Shown: one piece after another, positions 26,428 through 38,744 of the stretch
Position numbering within the stretch: the stretch's first letter is position 1
Layout of the letters: each line of letters opens with the position of its first letter
The notes under the pieces: generated by a model
Database searches by the model: none
The model's input: the letters and a program-made list of their open reading frames with translations, nothing else
Told to the model about the DNA's origin: nothing
Position numbers and translations under genes: made by a program
Origin: Octopus sinensis
Taxonomy: Eukaryota
Assembly (NCBI RefSeq): GCF_006345805.1
Contig: NW_021835991.1
Coordinates: forward strand, 442,137-506,136
Direction of reading: 5' to 3'
Length of the DNA stretch: 64,000 nt

Positions 26428-29400
26428 ATGACGGAAAGTACAAATGAGAGTTTACTGAGAATTATTCAAGATCATCAGTTAGTTTATGAAAAAGAAATAA
26501 ACAACTTAAAATACGATGAAAACAACTCAGAGGTTAATTTTCAATCATTTATTTCAAATAGAAAAACTACAATATATCAAGAATATAACAGAGATTTGAC
26601 TGATCAGAACAAATTACTCATTTCTTTATTATTTGATAAAAATGAAAATTCTGACATTGCAGTTCTATTTGAGCAAAATAAATCAAATGAACACAAAATT
26701 TTGTTTTTAGAAAAAGAGTATTCAGCACTTAAAGATATGTATGAACAAAAAATTGACCAAGTATTCATTTTATTTATTTCAAATAAATATATAGCAATAA
26801 TTATTTGGTGGGATTAGATCGATATTAATTAATATATGTACAATTATTAAATATAAACTAATATAAATAAGTTATTCAAAGTTAAATGTTTATTAATGAA
26901 TAGATAGTATCATTAAAAGAATATATCCGCCAAAAAGAAGAAGATTCCGAGCTGGAAAACCATCACAACAAACAATTTTCCCCAACAAGACAACAATCAA
27001 ATGACAATGAAACGGAAAACAAGAACCATACTATCCAACGTTGGCTTGAAAATGCAATTCTTGCCCAAAATGACCAACAGTCTTTTGAACAAATCCAACC
27101 AGACCAAACGGATGAACTACGAGCTCAGCTTTCTAAACAAATTGATGAGACAGCCTTCGTGCAATCGGCATTGGAGAGCAAAGAAAGTCTCATTCAAAGC
27201 TTGGAAGAAGATTTTTTTGGACTTAAAAAACACTGCGAGTTCCTTAAAGACCAACTTCAGTGTTTACAGATCTCTGAGGAAAAATTGTGCAGAGAAAATG
27301 CCTCATTAAGAGACCGACTGAGTTCGGAACAGTTAAAAGTATTTTTTCTAAAAAAAATTTAGGATGAATTTGAAAACTCTAAAGAGGTTTTTTAGTTAAT
27401 TAATAATTATTTTAAATTAATTATTAAATAAAATATTAGATTGCAGAAAGAGACGATGTGATACACAGATTATCCAATGAGTTGAACAGGACTCGACAGG
27501 GAATCAAGCAAATGAAAGGCAATATTGAACAAAGGGAAGAACAAATAAGAGAAATGAGAATTTCACACGATAAATTACAAGAAGAGAACTTAAAATTAGT
27601 TCAAGTTAAGTGTAATATCTATGATTTAGATCGATATGAACAATCAGGCTAAAATGGTAAAACAGGACGAATTCAGGTCACTACAAACAGATAATACTGT
27701 ATTGAGGCAGACTATAAGCAAACTTGTGGCTGATAACAGTAAATCGAGTTATCAGACACAAAAAGCCACTGAAGAATGTGAGTCATTGAATAATCGATGC
27801 TTATCACAAAAAGACCAAGTAAAGAATTGTGTTTAAAATATTTTATTAAAATTATATTTTTGTAAATTAAATATAAAATTAAAAAATATTATAGTTAAAA
27901 TTATTTAGATAAATGAAATGATTGAAAAAATCTCCAAAAGAGATTTAGAACTAAAGATACTAAAGGAAAAGCTCTCCAACATCAAACTGGAAGTAAAATT
28001 TAAAATATTCTAAATTTCCCAGTTAAAATTTCAAATTGACCAGAAAGACTCCATTGCTGTTGATCTGAAATCTTTCAAGTTACAAACGAACGAAATTAAC
28101 CTTGAAAACGAACGGAAAACTCACAGAGTGATTTCCCCGAATGCCTCATTTTAGATTGATCAATTGGAACAAGAATTGGACCACTATTCCAAAGAGAACG
28201 AAGTCAGTACTGAGCAGGTTACTGTTAGATATAGATTGGCAGATTTCATTATTGAACTCTCAATTAGAGGATTTTAGACGTAATGTAGAGCAGAATAAAG
28301 CTCAGGAAATGTCGGAAAGAAAAAAGCAGTTAGAATTCATATCAAGGCTGGAATCTGCTTTAGACGGTGCTCACTCCTCATTAAGAAATGAACGACAAAA
28401 TAACGAAAATAACAAGATTCTTATTTGTGATTTACAATCAGTTTTATTTGAAGAGAAAACAGAATCGGAAAGAAGATTTGAAGCAGTAATATTAAATTAA
28501 TTATTTTAGTTGACATATGCGAATGACAAGTTGAGAGATTATGAACTAAAGTTGTCTGAGAGCAAATCAAAGGAGGAATCAAGTTCTTCCAAGATTGAGG
28601 AGATGAATGATGAGATGGAACATATAATGGAAGACAGGAATAATTTACTTGAGAATTTTAACCAACAAATGGATAAAGTCATTTCTTTAGAGGAAATTGT
28701 GGCTTGTCAGAGCAGTGAGATCCAAAAAATCCAAACTGAAGTAACCAATTTGTATATTTTTAGAAATTTCGGATTTTAGTTGATTTAAGAGAAACTGAGG
28801 ATATTAATGAAGATCTTAAATTAGAAATTAATGAGATTGAGAAGAATTTTGAGGCATCACAACAAAGAATCGTATTATTAAGCCAACGTGAGAAAGAAAT
28901 GGTTGAAAACTACGAAGAAATGGCCGACAAGTTGGCACAAGCTCAGAAAGATTTGGAAAATGTTTATAAACAAGTAATAAATAAAATCAGGACATTGTAG
29001 CTCAAAGAAAGCGATTCGGAACTTGTTTGCGCAAAAACAGCTTTAAAAGACTACAAGTCTACCCATAAATTCTCAAATGAAGAACATGAACAACTCGTAG
29101 AAGACCTGAATGTCCAGAAACGAGAAATTCTGTTAGTTAAAAATAGTTTGGAAATGGCGGGAATTCAAAAAATACAACTTGAGGACCAATGTGCTTCATT
29201 AATAGCAAAAGTTATGTTTTAAAGTAGTAAAACCAGGGGGAAGAATCTGGAAGAAAGCTGGAACAACTCAAGTTAAAAGTTGATAAAATCGTCATTAAAA
29301 ACGCAAAAAAAGCTGAAAAGGCTGAAAATTTAATTAAAAAATTGAAACACGAAACATGTGAAAAAGCACAAAAAATACGAGAATTGGAGGGCGTGTTCGA

Positions 29401-30271
29401 ATCAAAAAGAATACTTATCGCTGAACTAGAACAGGCCTCCAAAACTGTCTCCGATCAAAAGTCACAATTGGAGTCTTTAGAGAATGAATTGGAGACATTG
29501 CGTCAAACCAAGGACTTTCTAGGAGGAGACATTGAGATTAAGAATGCTGAAGTATTTCCCGATATTCGATAATTTTAGATTCAAAATCTTAGAGACGGGC
29601 TGTCAACTACAAGGGCGGATTTTGAAAATTTAAAAATTTGTAACAAAAATCTGAAAGAACAAGTATTTTGTAAAAATTAAAAAAGTGCGAACGGTCAAAA
29701 GATCAAGTTGAATTACTTTCACGGCAAAATCGATCCACTGCTGATCAACTTGAGTCGAGTGTAGCTGATTATGTTAAAGCTCAACACATAATTTCCCGCC
29801 ATTTGAATGAATTATACACGTGTCGGTAATGAATTGAATAGTCTAATTAATGGCAGTGAAGAAGTAGAACTTGCAAGGGACGAGTCACGTGGATTACGTG
29901 TTCTCAATGAAGAATTGAGGTCGTCTGAGTTGAAAATTAAGCAAAAAAATTATAAACTTGAAAAGGAGCTTAAAATATTGAAAAAATTATTTACTTCAAC
30001 AGAACAAGATAGAACTGTGATTGAGAACCCTCAAAACTCAAGAAAAAATAGGGCAAAAATGTTAAATCCTGAATTGAATAAAACCACGTGTTTGGATCAG
30101 ATTAGAGTGATGCGAAATAATGATGGCGAGGAATTGAAGACCATCGTTGATATTCCGTTACAAAATGAAGACGAATCTTTGGTATTTATTTGTTTTTAAT
30201 TATTGATTTAGATTCAATATTGGAAGGATAGGTCAGTAGATTTGAATAAAAAGCTATCAAAATTGGAGTGA
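26428..30271 (+). CDS. Large coiled-coil protein, copy 2 (complete, roughly 1,100 aa)
   Basis: ATG 26428, first intron 26761-26903, then mostly 22-30-nt GT-AG introns with an open frame to TGA 30269-30271. Family not recognised. Confidence 0.85.
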
Positions 30272-30851
30272 TTCTTTATAATTTATTTTAAATAAATGAT
30301 TTTTTATTGGGATTATATTGAGATAGATCAGGGATCGGAAATCTATGGGGCTTCAGTTTCCATATTTTGTCTCTCAGTTGTCATGATGAAAAATATGGAA
30401 TGATTTCTTTCTTTTTCTTTAATGAATTCACTTGGTTGTACAATTTTCCGGTGTGTTTGTTGATCCGATTAAAATAATTTTGTAATTAACTTCTTTAAAT
30501 AGACACCACATCACAAATGATCACGACGCTTAAAATTGCGTCTCCAATAGAACAAACAGAATTTGTTGATTATAGTATCGTTGAGATGGATGAGGACCTA
30601 TCTATGAAGAAAAAACTCTGGATGATTATTTTTATTAATTTTTTTAATAATTCTAGAATTTCTTAACTCTTTTATAATTTTAAAACTTTAAATAAATTTC
30701 AATTAATGGTAAACAATTAGAGGTTCAAAACTTCTATTGCTCGCAAAATTCTGCATCTCGCCAGATTTCATTAAAAAAGTGCACATTTCCTAAAACTAAG
30801 TCGTATGATAAAATCGATTATATTACATCATAAAAGTTGAATTACAAAAAA

Positions 30852-31227
30852 TCATTTAAATTTTAGATTATTTTGATAGAATTCAATAACAAGCTGTGGA
30901 TTCGAAATCTTGAATTCAGATGCAGGGACCAGTGTGCGCTGATCTGATCCTTTCCTGGGAAACATTATCTTTAATTGCACAACCATGCAACAAGGAACAA
31001 CAATTCTCCTGTAAACATCGTGGCACCAATAATTTTTTTAGGTCTATTTTTTGGTTGGATGCTATTTTGATCATTTAAATTAATTTTCTTTGAGCTAGGT
31101 AGTTCACTAGAAATTATGTAAATTGTAAATTACATTATTTTTTTGGTCAAGGATTTTTTCTTATTTTGGCCATTCTTGATTTGAATTGAATTTTCTATAG
31201 AATTTTTCAAATAATAAAGCAACCCAT
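30852..31227 (-). CDS. HP1-like chromo-shadow-only protein, copy 2 (96 aa)
   Basis: Same three introns as copy 1; an in-frame 9-nt deletion and substitutions are confined to the linker. Confidence 0.8.
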
Positions 31228-31340
31228 TACAACAAAAATGTGATTTTGTCCTTTTATTACTTAATTTTTTATGGGTAAAAATAAAATCGTAATTATTTTA
31301 ATAATAAACTAAATTTATTAATATACAATTAAAATGATTT

Positions 31341-33662
31341 TAAAATTCGAATCCTCTCATGATGTGGACATTGCCTTAATACAGGAAACCGGCCTGACAT
31401 CGACACGTTCTACCCCTAGATTCAAGAGATTCTCAACCGTTCGTATGGACCGCCCTAATGGACTGAATTGAGGAGGTCTTATCACCCTCATCCGTGACAA
31501 CATTCCCTTCACTAACACTACCAATTCTATACGTTCCACATTTTTCCCAACGCCCACTTGGAGTTCGTCACAGTACTAATAACAATTAATTTCTTATTCT
31601 TAAAAAATATGAAAATCCAGACAATCCAATAGACAATCCCATTAAAATCAAACTAAATTAATAAATAATGAAAAAATAATTAAAATATATTTGTTTATAC
31701 GTCGAGATGTACATTCCTCCTCCTACAAATTGTTCGAAGGGCTACATTCCAGACCTCTCCTGTCTTGCCATTGAAGAACACATTGTGTGCACCTCTCGGA
31801 CATTCCTGATCGGTTCCTTAAGACCCTCCTTCTGATCACAACCCCGTAATTTTAGAGATAAAAAATACTTCCAAAGTCCTATTACCAAAAGGACATTTAT
31901 CAACTACAAACGCGGAGTGGAGTCGAAATTCCAACAAGAAACTGATCAGTATCTCTCAAACTTCTCAGTCCTAAATTTTAAATAAAAAACTTCAACAATT
32001 GCATAATCTCTGCAGACCGAAAATACATTCCCAAAGGATTCATCCGTGGGGCAAAACCACTTTTTACAAAGGAGATCATTGACCTCATAAAAGAGAGACG
32101 GGGAATAAAGAGGAATGGCGTCTGGGACTCCAACTCGGGCTCCTGATTATCAAGTATTAACGGGATAATCACTGACCACATTCTACAAAACAAAAGAGCC
32201 AGGTGGAAAGAGTTTGTATACACTGGATCATCGTACCGATTCAATTGAATTTTGGATTGAAATCTATTTTTTCCGGACAGACCTTACACATTTCCATTCA
32301 CGAATTTGGGATAAATAAACGTCTCCGCTCGAAGTCATTCCGAGAACAAGGGGATGACATTATGTCCCACTACAGCCCTACCTGTCAGATCAACATGGAC
32401 AGATCAAATCGTGTACGCACATTAAATCCCCCTCCGTCACCAAACGTCTCTCAGATCATGATAGACTGGTTGGACATACGTGCCCTAATCTTAATGCTAA
32501 GAATTCGCCGGCGAAACCCCTTGACGGAATATGCATTTATCATCTAAAAAACCTTGGGCCGAATGGTCTTCTAACCATCACGGACATTTTTCAAATTTCA
32601 TTGAATGTTGGATATGTCCCCATGTTATGGAAACAATCAACTATAATTCCAAAACTCAAGTCGAAAAGGATCCTCGGGACCCAGTTTCTTTCCGTCCATC
32701 TCCCTGCTTTATGTCGCTTCGAAAGTCTTGGAGAGATTCATTTTTAAACACACATCAACCTGTCTAGATCCCAACATGGTTTCCGCCCATCTCACTCCAC
32801 CTCTATTCATCTAACAAAACTAACGGACTTTATTGCGGATGGTTTTAACAACAAACCAGCACTTTTCACTATTCTGGATTCGATTGACATCTCCAAAGCT
32901 TCGGAATGTCCTCCGTGCAGTGTCCGGATCCTCCTTCGGTCAAGACTAAGAAACGCTAAGAATAATCTACAAATAATATGTCAGGACCTCCCTTAACTAC
33001 GCTAGCCCCGCTTGGGGCTCTTCTCTTTCATCCAGTAACAATCAAAAACTTCAAAGGATCTAAAATGGTGCTCTCTAAACAATTACTAGATGCATGCTAT
33101 TCACTCCTTCCGACCATCTCCAATGGGAAACCACCATTCTCCCTGTGGAAGATCACCTTCGCATGCGGAACCTGCAATTCCTCAGTACAGCCATGAATCA
33201 GACTACCTATGTCATTTCCTCTCTCATACAAAAAACAGCCGTATGATAGTACCTACCATTGCAAATCTAACCAGTGAACTGTCTAAAATTTCTGAGCCTT
33301 CCTCCGAGAAATCGAGGACAAAGCAGATACACGACCATGTCTCCATTAAGACTATTCGAAAACTTGCCTGGAATAAATTACTAGACGACTCCTTTCCTCT
33401 GGTGAACGACTCGGAGTCTTAGCTGGACAGAGAAACGAGAACATCTTTGGCACAACTTCGTTCTGGACATTTCCTCCTAATTGATGAATCTGGCTATTAG
33501 TCTCATCATCCGGGCCATCTATGCCTATTGCTTCGAGAAGCTTTCTCCGGACCGGGCCTCCGGTGGGCATTATAGACTTATGGAAGCGCCCAGCACTCGC
33601 TGCTGAGTGTCTAAGGACAGCCGGCCTCCTACAAGCTAGAGAGGTCGGAGTAACTAACTAAC
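31341..33662 (+). mobile_element. Degenerate APE-RT non-LTR retrotransposon (Jockey/I-like)
   Basis: DIALIQET and SDHNPVI (endonuclease), QHGFRPSHST, IDISKA, LNYASPAW, LAQLRSGH; RT core (QG, YADD) deleted at ~32905; (TAAC)3 tail. Confidence 0.85.
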
Positions 33663-33959
33663 TTACCTTGCAGGATTTCGAGAAAAATATTTTTGTAAGC
33701 ACTAGGTCTCACGAGTTTGTAAATATCAGCGAGAATCTTTGCTTATAGCGTCTATTAAGGTCACTGTTTAGCAGTGTTATTTGATTTAAATCATTTGATT
33801 TTAATCAACAAAAAATCAATGATTTGCTGCTGATTAAACCAATTGCTGTCGTTGTAGACAAAATGCAAAATGATTTTACGAAGATTAGTCATTTTGTAGA
33901 AAACTTGAACAGACTTACATGGATTATGAATGTACGGCTATTTTAGAAAAAATGAAAAC

Positions 33960-34900
33960 CTGAGCTGATCAAGTATTAACAGATTTCTTACTGGCAAATC
34001 TAATGGACCCAGCATGTTTTGAGAAGTCTCTTTCAACTGCAGAGATTGACCTCGCTTTGGAGTATTGTCTGAATATTATGAATATGCTCTCCCGAATCTG
34101 ATTAATTTCAGAGCTGAGCCATTTAAGCAATACAATATTCTAATAAAACTTGATGGTCATTAATCATTAGCCACTCACCACTCTGGACGTTGCCTATTCA
34201 TAAGTACAATTATTTCCATTAAGATGCTCAATTGCAAAATATGAAGATATTAAATTTATAAAGAATGAATAAAACTATTAACAAACTTATGATACTTTTA
34301 TTGAAATGGATAAATTGAAAAACCATCGACTTTGTCAGATTCATTTTTACAAATTGTAAAAAGTGTCAACCTTTACTCATAGTAGTTCTTTAAAATGTTT
34401 TTTCAATAATCGTTTTTCGGGCTCCGTAATTAGAAGTAAAATAATCATTGTTAATACACATATTGTCATATTTAGAATGTCATTATAATTCATCATTTTG
34501 TTAATATAAATTTGTCAATTCTAAATCATCCAGCAAATATGATAAGTGAATATTGTGATCTCCATTATGTTGTTTATTAAATAAACATTCTTTCGCTTTT
34601 TTAATAAGCAAAAAATCTCCTTTTAAAGAAATCCATACTTGAATAACATTTGACAGTTTGTAGCATAATAAGAAACAGATTTGAGTCAGCTCCCTAATCT
34701 CGCAGCTATTGGTTCTTGCGGGTACCCAATTTCTTTGAACAATTGTCTTCGATAATTGTTCTTTATAGCAAATGCTTGTAAAATTTCCACTATATTGTGG
34801 CAAGTAAACTCTGAAGGAGGTGGATGCCCAATAAATTCGAATAAGTGATAAATGCTCTTTTTCTCAATTTATAGAGTGGAATGTTTTCTGATACAAATGC
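33960..34900 (-). pseudogene. Degenerate hAT-like transposase (duplicate of 5320-6250; third copy ~43020-43960)
   Basis: Same motifs as copy 0. Confidence 0.45.
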
Positions 34901-35880
34901 TTCCGTTACGTCTGACGCAAAATTTCAGAAAAATAATTTTTCAGAACAATAGTCAATTGTCTTGTATTTGTGGATATTAAATTGTTGCTGATTTAGTTTA
35001 AAAAGATATCAACTTGATCTATTTTATCTTAGAAAGTTAAAGTTCAACCTAACTTTATGCAAAAAAATTTCAGTCAATTCGTTTTAAACTGGATCAACTT
35101 CAGCTGACCTCTTTAACTGTCACACAGCTGAGACTGACTCAAAGCTCTCCAAATTCAAGGGACAAGATTGCTCCTGAACGACAAATATTTATGTATTGGT
35201 ATTAGTTTACGCATAGGTATGGATATCTACCAGCCCCACACCTGCAGGTAGGGGAGCACAATTTTTTCGAACGGTTTGCATACCCTATCTTATAGAAAGA
35301 GTGCTGGTGAGTATTCCTCGCCACACACAAGTGAATAAGGTCGTTAAATGAGCTGATGCCCAGGTCGAGTAAAAGAAAAGGATAAAGTAAAAAAGACAAT
35401 TCTGAAACTTTCGAGTTCGACCCCTTGCTTCCGAAACTTTTGGAATAGTCGACAAGATGATGACTCAGCTGCTATCGTTTGGAGGATCGAAGATTTTGTC
35501 GAAAACAAATGACCGGAGAGAGACGAACTAGCTTTTCCAGCAAGTCTCGGTGTGCTCGCCGAAAATACCATTCCATACGCACTGCGGAGTCAAATAGCTT
35601 AGTCTTCGGGCCCCGAAAGACTTTAAAGTGCAGTTGGTTGATTTACTTTCAATTTTTTTAAAGCTTTATTTTTCGCTACTAAAAAAAACCTAAGTTACTA
35701 ATCTACTAAATCAATTTAAACAATTTTTAGATAAAGAAACTTTATCGCTTTAAAATGTAAATACTGAGTTGAAAAAGTAGTAATCAATTGTCAACAACCG
35801 GCAGTCAGTATTGCAGTCGTGATAACTGCAATTTCATTAGTATACCAATTAGTATGCATGGATTGGAACAAAAATAAAAA

Positions 35881-36023
35881 TGCACAAGAGCACACGAAAA
35901 AAAATATGCCGTAGGACAGCCCGACTGGAACCGACCTCACCCGATAGCGATCCAAAGTGCAATGGATGACTAAAGGATGGAATGCCTGCCTAAGTGATAA
36001 CAGGCATCCACGACCAGGTAAGT
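35881..36023 (-). ncRNA. U1: U1 spliceosomal snRNA, copy A
   Basis: ACTTACCTGG-TCG-TGGATGCCTG-TTATCACTTAGG-CAGGCATTCCA-...-ATCC-ATTGCACTTT-GGAT-...-CGGC-ATATTTTTTTTCG-TGTGC-TCTT-GTGCA; all U1 helices fold by eye. Confidence 0.95.
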
Positions 36024-36195
36024 GGATTTTTGAAATGGCACTCTCTAAATGTATTTAAAAAATCATTTAAATTATGTTCAATATTTCCACCGGATGAATT
36101 ATTTTTATTCAATTAGAAAATTAATTTTGAAATAAGTTCTTTTTTAAATTTTAGAAAAAAACCATTACAAATTTATTTAATACTTTATTATTTTT

Positions 36196-37413
36196 ATGTT
36201 ACATAAATATCAAATACGAAACAAACAAGTGGACAACTATCTATCCCCGAGTCATAGTGGATTTAGGACAGGAAGATCCACCGCCGATGCTGTCTGGGCC
36301 CACAAGTGGTACTGCGCTATCACCCAGAGATACAAAAGTGCAACAACAGTCCTGGGAATAGACCTGTCTAGGGCCTTTGACACGGTACGCCGTGGTCTAC
36401 TCCTCAAAATACTGGAACAATTCCTGGACCCTGACTCTGTCAATATGATAAGAGTACTACTATCGAACACAAAGCTCAAGGTGCGGGTCGGCACGGCGTT
36501 TTCCCGTGAATTCACGTGCAACGTCGGTACCCCTCAGGGAGACGCCCTCTCGCCGTTGCTATTCGTGATCTATCTGGAGACGGCACTACGAGACCTTCGA
36601 AAATTCTATGCTGGCAATATCGTCGAAATTGTATATGCAGATGACGTCGACTTCGTGTCAGACGACAAATCGGCCTTACTTCGACTCCTTGAAGTGGCAC
36701 CTGCTGAGCTGAACAGATGGTTCCTTAAAATGAACGTTGGAAAAACCGACATCGTTGAAATCATGAGGATGGAGAGCAGCTCAAGTGAAGCCTGGCGCAA
36801 AACGAACAAACTTGGTTCTCTACTTGGGGACGGCCATGATATTGTCAGAAGAAAGGCTCTCGCTTGGGCCACGATGAACAAGATAAAGAAAGAGTGGATC
36901 GGCAAACGACGACTCTGTACGTCACTTCGTCTGAGGATGTATGAAGCCTTTGTCAAACCAATCCTGACATATAATTCGGCGACCTGGGGAATGTCTAGTA
37001 CTGAACAACGTGGACTCGATTCTTTTCACCGCAGGCAACTTAGATCCCTACTGGGATTGAACTGGCCTATAAGAATCAACCAGGAATCGCTATACAATAG
37101 ATGCAGAACTGGCCCTCTGAGTGTGGAAATCGTCAATATGCGGTGGAGGTTATTTGGCCATATTCTACGAATGGACATGCTTGCCCCAGCTAACATAGCA
37201 ATGGAGGGCTACTTCCTGAAAGAGGGATCGAGCTTCCGTGGACGTCCACGTGTTACGCTGCCGGAAACACTTGACGGAGACCTGAAATGTGTGAAGAAAA
37301 GGCTAAGGAGTGGTGAGGATCTGGACGAGCTGAGGAAACTCGCTCACGACAGAGGAGGTTGGAGGAGGCTGGTTCAAAGGATTGTTTTTAATGCTGCACG
37401 AGTAAAATTATAA
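36196..37413 (+). CDS. Reverse transcriptase ORF (405 aa) of an RTE-type element; lacks endonuclease and the first RT motifs
   Basis: SGFRTGRST, GIDLSRAFD, GTPQGDALSPLLF, YADD, LKMNVGKT, thumb RWRLFGHILR, RGRP; the ATG lies in flanking DNA. Confidence 0.85.
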   Translation: MLHKYQIRNKQVDNYLSPSHSGFRTGRSTADAVWAHKWYCAITQRYKSATTVLGIDLSRAFDTVRRGLLLKILEQFLDPDSVNMIRVLLSNTKLKVRVGTAFSREFTCNVGTPQGDALSPLLFVIYLETALRDLRKFYAGNIVEIVYADDVDFVSDDKSALLRLLEVAPAELNRWFLKMNVGKTDIVEIMRMESSSSEAWRKTNKLGSLLGDGHDIVRRKALAWATMNKIKKEWIGKRRLCTSLRLRMYEAFVKPILTYNSATWGMSSTEQRGLDSFHRRQLRSLLGLNWPIRINQESLYNRCRTGPLSVEIVNMRWRLFGHILRMDMLAPANIAMEGYFLKEGSSFRGRPRVTLPETLDGDLKCVKKRLRSGEDLDELRKLAHDRGGWRRLVQRIVFNAARVKL

Positions 37414-37453
37414 CTAATATGATTCTACGTATGTTGCAAATAATAATAATAAT
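36228..37453 (+). mobile_element. 5'-truncated RTE-type non-LTR retrotransposon, copy A
   Basis: 9-bp TSD AAACAAACA (36219-36227, 37454-37462), (TAA)n tail, very short 3' UTR; empty site at 8564-8572. Confidence 0.92.
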
Positions 37454-37534
37454 AAACAAACAGTTGATGATATAGAATACAGCTGACCGTTAATGCTACT
37501 TTAAAAAACAAAAAGTTTTTTTAGAATGGATATA

Positions 37535-38744
37535 CACTCAACCCTCTCAAATTGGCCATTTTTGGTTCCTTCAATATTGTTGGCCAATTTGAGAAATGGC
37601 CAATTAGCAAATAAAACTAGTGTCTGTGATGGAGACTCGCTAGAGAGAATACTAAATAACTCACTTGATAGGTTTGGATAAATTATTCTATATGTATATT
37701 TAAATATTTCGAATTATTAGAGATCTTTATAGCTGTGATAACTTTCGTTACGTGAATGTAGATGCTTTTGCACGTCTAGTCGCATTAACACATCAGTACA
37801 AATCTTATTCTAACATTAAAGTTACATGCAATCAAATACCATTTTTATTCGCCAAAAATCAGTCGTCGCCTCAACCTTAAATATTTTAAATTACTGACTG
37901 TGTAGTTTTTTTAAAGACCAGAAAATGTGCATGTTCACAAATGGGTCCTAACCCACAATGTATACTTTTTTATTCTCATATAAGAATTACAACAGTGACG
38001 AAAAAACTAAATATCTTATTAGCCGACAACAGTGTGAAAATAAAAGTATCTCAAATGCAACCTCTGTGACCACCCTATCCCAAATAATATAATCTGCACA
38101 AGTGAATGTAACTGAAAAAATATTTTGACGGTACTCAATAACTAACCTAATTATTCTGATATTTCTTGTTTTCACTTTTCTTTATTATTACATTCACTAG
38201 TCAGAATTAAATCCAAACTTGCACAATTTTTTATTGATTTAATTAAAAGAAAAACCAAATTTTAACAAAAACCAGTCCCAAAATTAGTTACAGATATGTA
38301 TTTTGATGTCTGGGTCAAATGAAGAATAGTAAATCTCTTTATAAGGATTATTCACCAGTTTAAAATCATCCATAATAAAAATAGACTTGATTAATGACAT
38401 TCTGATTGTTTGTAACAACCTTCACAGTAACCTCACACAACTTGAAAATTGCTTCTTCAAAATGGATACGCTAAATTTTGAGGATTGCGATCAAACCGAA
38501 TAACTTTCTTCTTTTTACGGAATAATTCCAGAATCAGAAAGTTTTCTAGAATGTATTATCAATAATTTAACTTGTCTGCGAAAATTAATAAAATTAAAAT
38601 TTATTAAAAAAATTTTGAAAAATAAAAATTATGCTACTAAAAAAATTAAAATTTGTGGCCAATTTGAAAATTTATTATTTTGTAGAGTTTTTCAATTTTC
38701 CAGAAATAAATTGTCAAAAATGGCCAATTTGAGAGGGTTGAGTG
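37535..38744. mobile_element. Tc1/mariner-like TIR element, copy A
   Basis: Same TIR and TA flanks as 8645-9853. Confidence 0.7.

Noticed and set aside
35900-36020. tRNA-like or exon-plus-donor reading of the GC-rich island (CAG|gtaagt on +)
   Set aside because: No tRNA cloverleaf; the motif is the antisense of the U1 5' end and the whole island folds as U1.
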